Positions 63,936-64,000 of a stretch of DNA of 64,000 nucleotides are shown here, one piece after another. Each line of letters starts with the position of its first letter. Positions within the stretch are counted from its first letter, which is position 1. The DNA lies in IMG/VR virus record IMGVR_UViG_3300036832_001166, positions 32,001-96,000 of that record; one strand, written 5' to 3'. This stretch comes from a virus. A program made the translations under genes and the position numbers. The notes under the pieces were generated by a model. It worked only from the letters and a program-made list of their open reading frames with translations, did no database searches and was not told the origin of the DNA.

Positions 63936-64000
63936 ATGAAACCGACACTGGCAGACGCAACCGCGCGCCTGTCCACCCTGGTGCGCGAGAGCCTGTCCGG
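63936..64000 (+). CDS. 5' end of a gene truncated by the window edge
   Basis: ATG after conserved leader. Confidence 0.55.
   Translation, partial: MKPTLADATARLSTLVRESLS

Noticed and set aside
1-64000. Integrase, attP or host genes
   Set aside because: No tyrosine or serine recombinase motif and no host housekeeping genes recognised; lifestyle cannot be determined from this window

Overview
High-GC tailed phage genome segment, probably infecting an actinobacterial host (inference from GC content and gene families). It encodes a contractile tail (sheath, tube, -1 frameshifted chaperone, tape measure, PBSX/Mu-type baseplate), a Mu-gpT-like major capsid protein, a large LamG/Ala-Thr appendage module, Bet plus PD-(D/E)XK exonuclease, primase-helicase, RusA, three HNH proteins, terminase subunits and many small accessory genes. 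Those accessory genes share one repeated promoter/operator + hairpin + CCGACCGAGGAG leader. The standout is a solitary RAMP/Cas7-like gene (50585-51301) associated with hairpin-terminated GGY-NN pentamer arrays (51301-51427, 51479-51676, an orphan at 48295-48363 and a mini-array in its own leader). Reading only the NN dinucleotides as a gapped code (NN-x-NN-x) yields recognisable targets. The orphan array spells HDLFGSSAYQWG of the primase-helicase, and this phage's own copy is synonymously recoded (Leu TTG, Ser AGC/AGT) at exactly the positions that break the match. Array 1 spells an HK97-type prohead protease motif absent from this window. This reads as an RNA-guided inter-phage competition system with self-avoidance by recoding. 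I recall a recent description of such systems under the name VIPR but cannot verify it here. All decoding was done by hand and no database searches were run.
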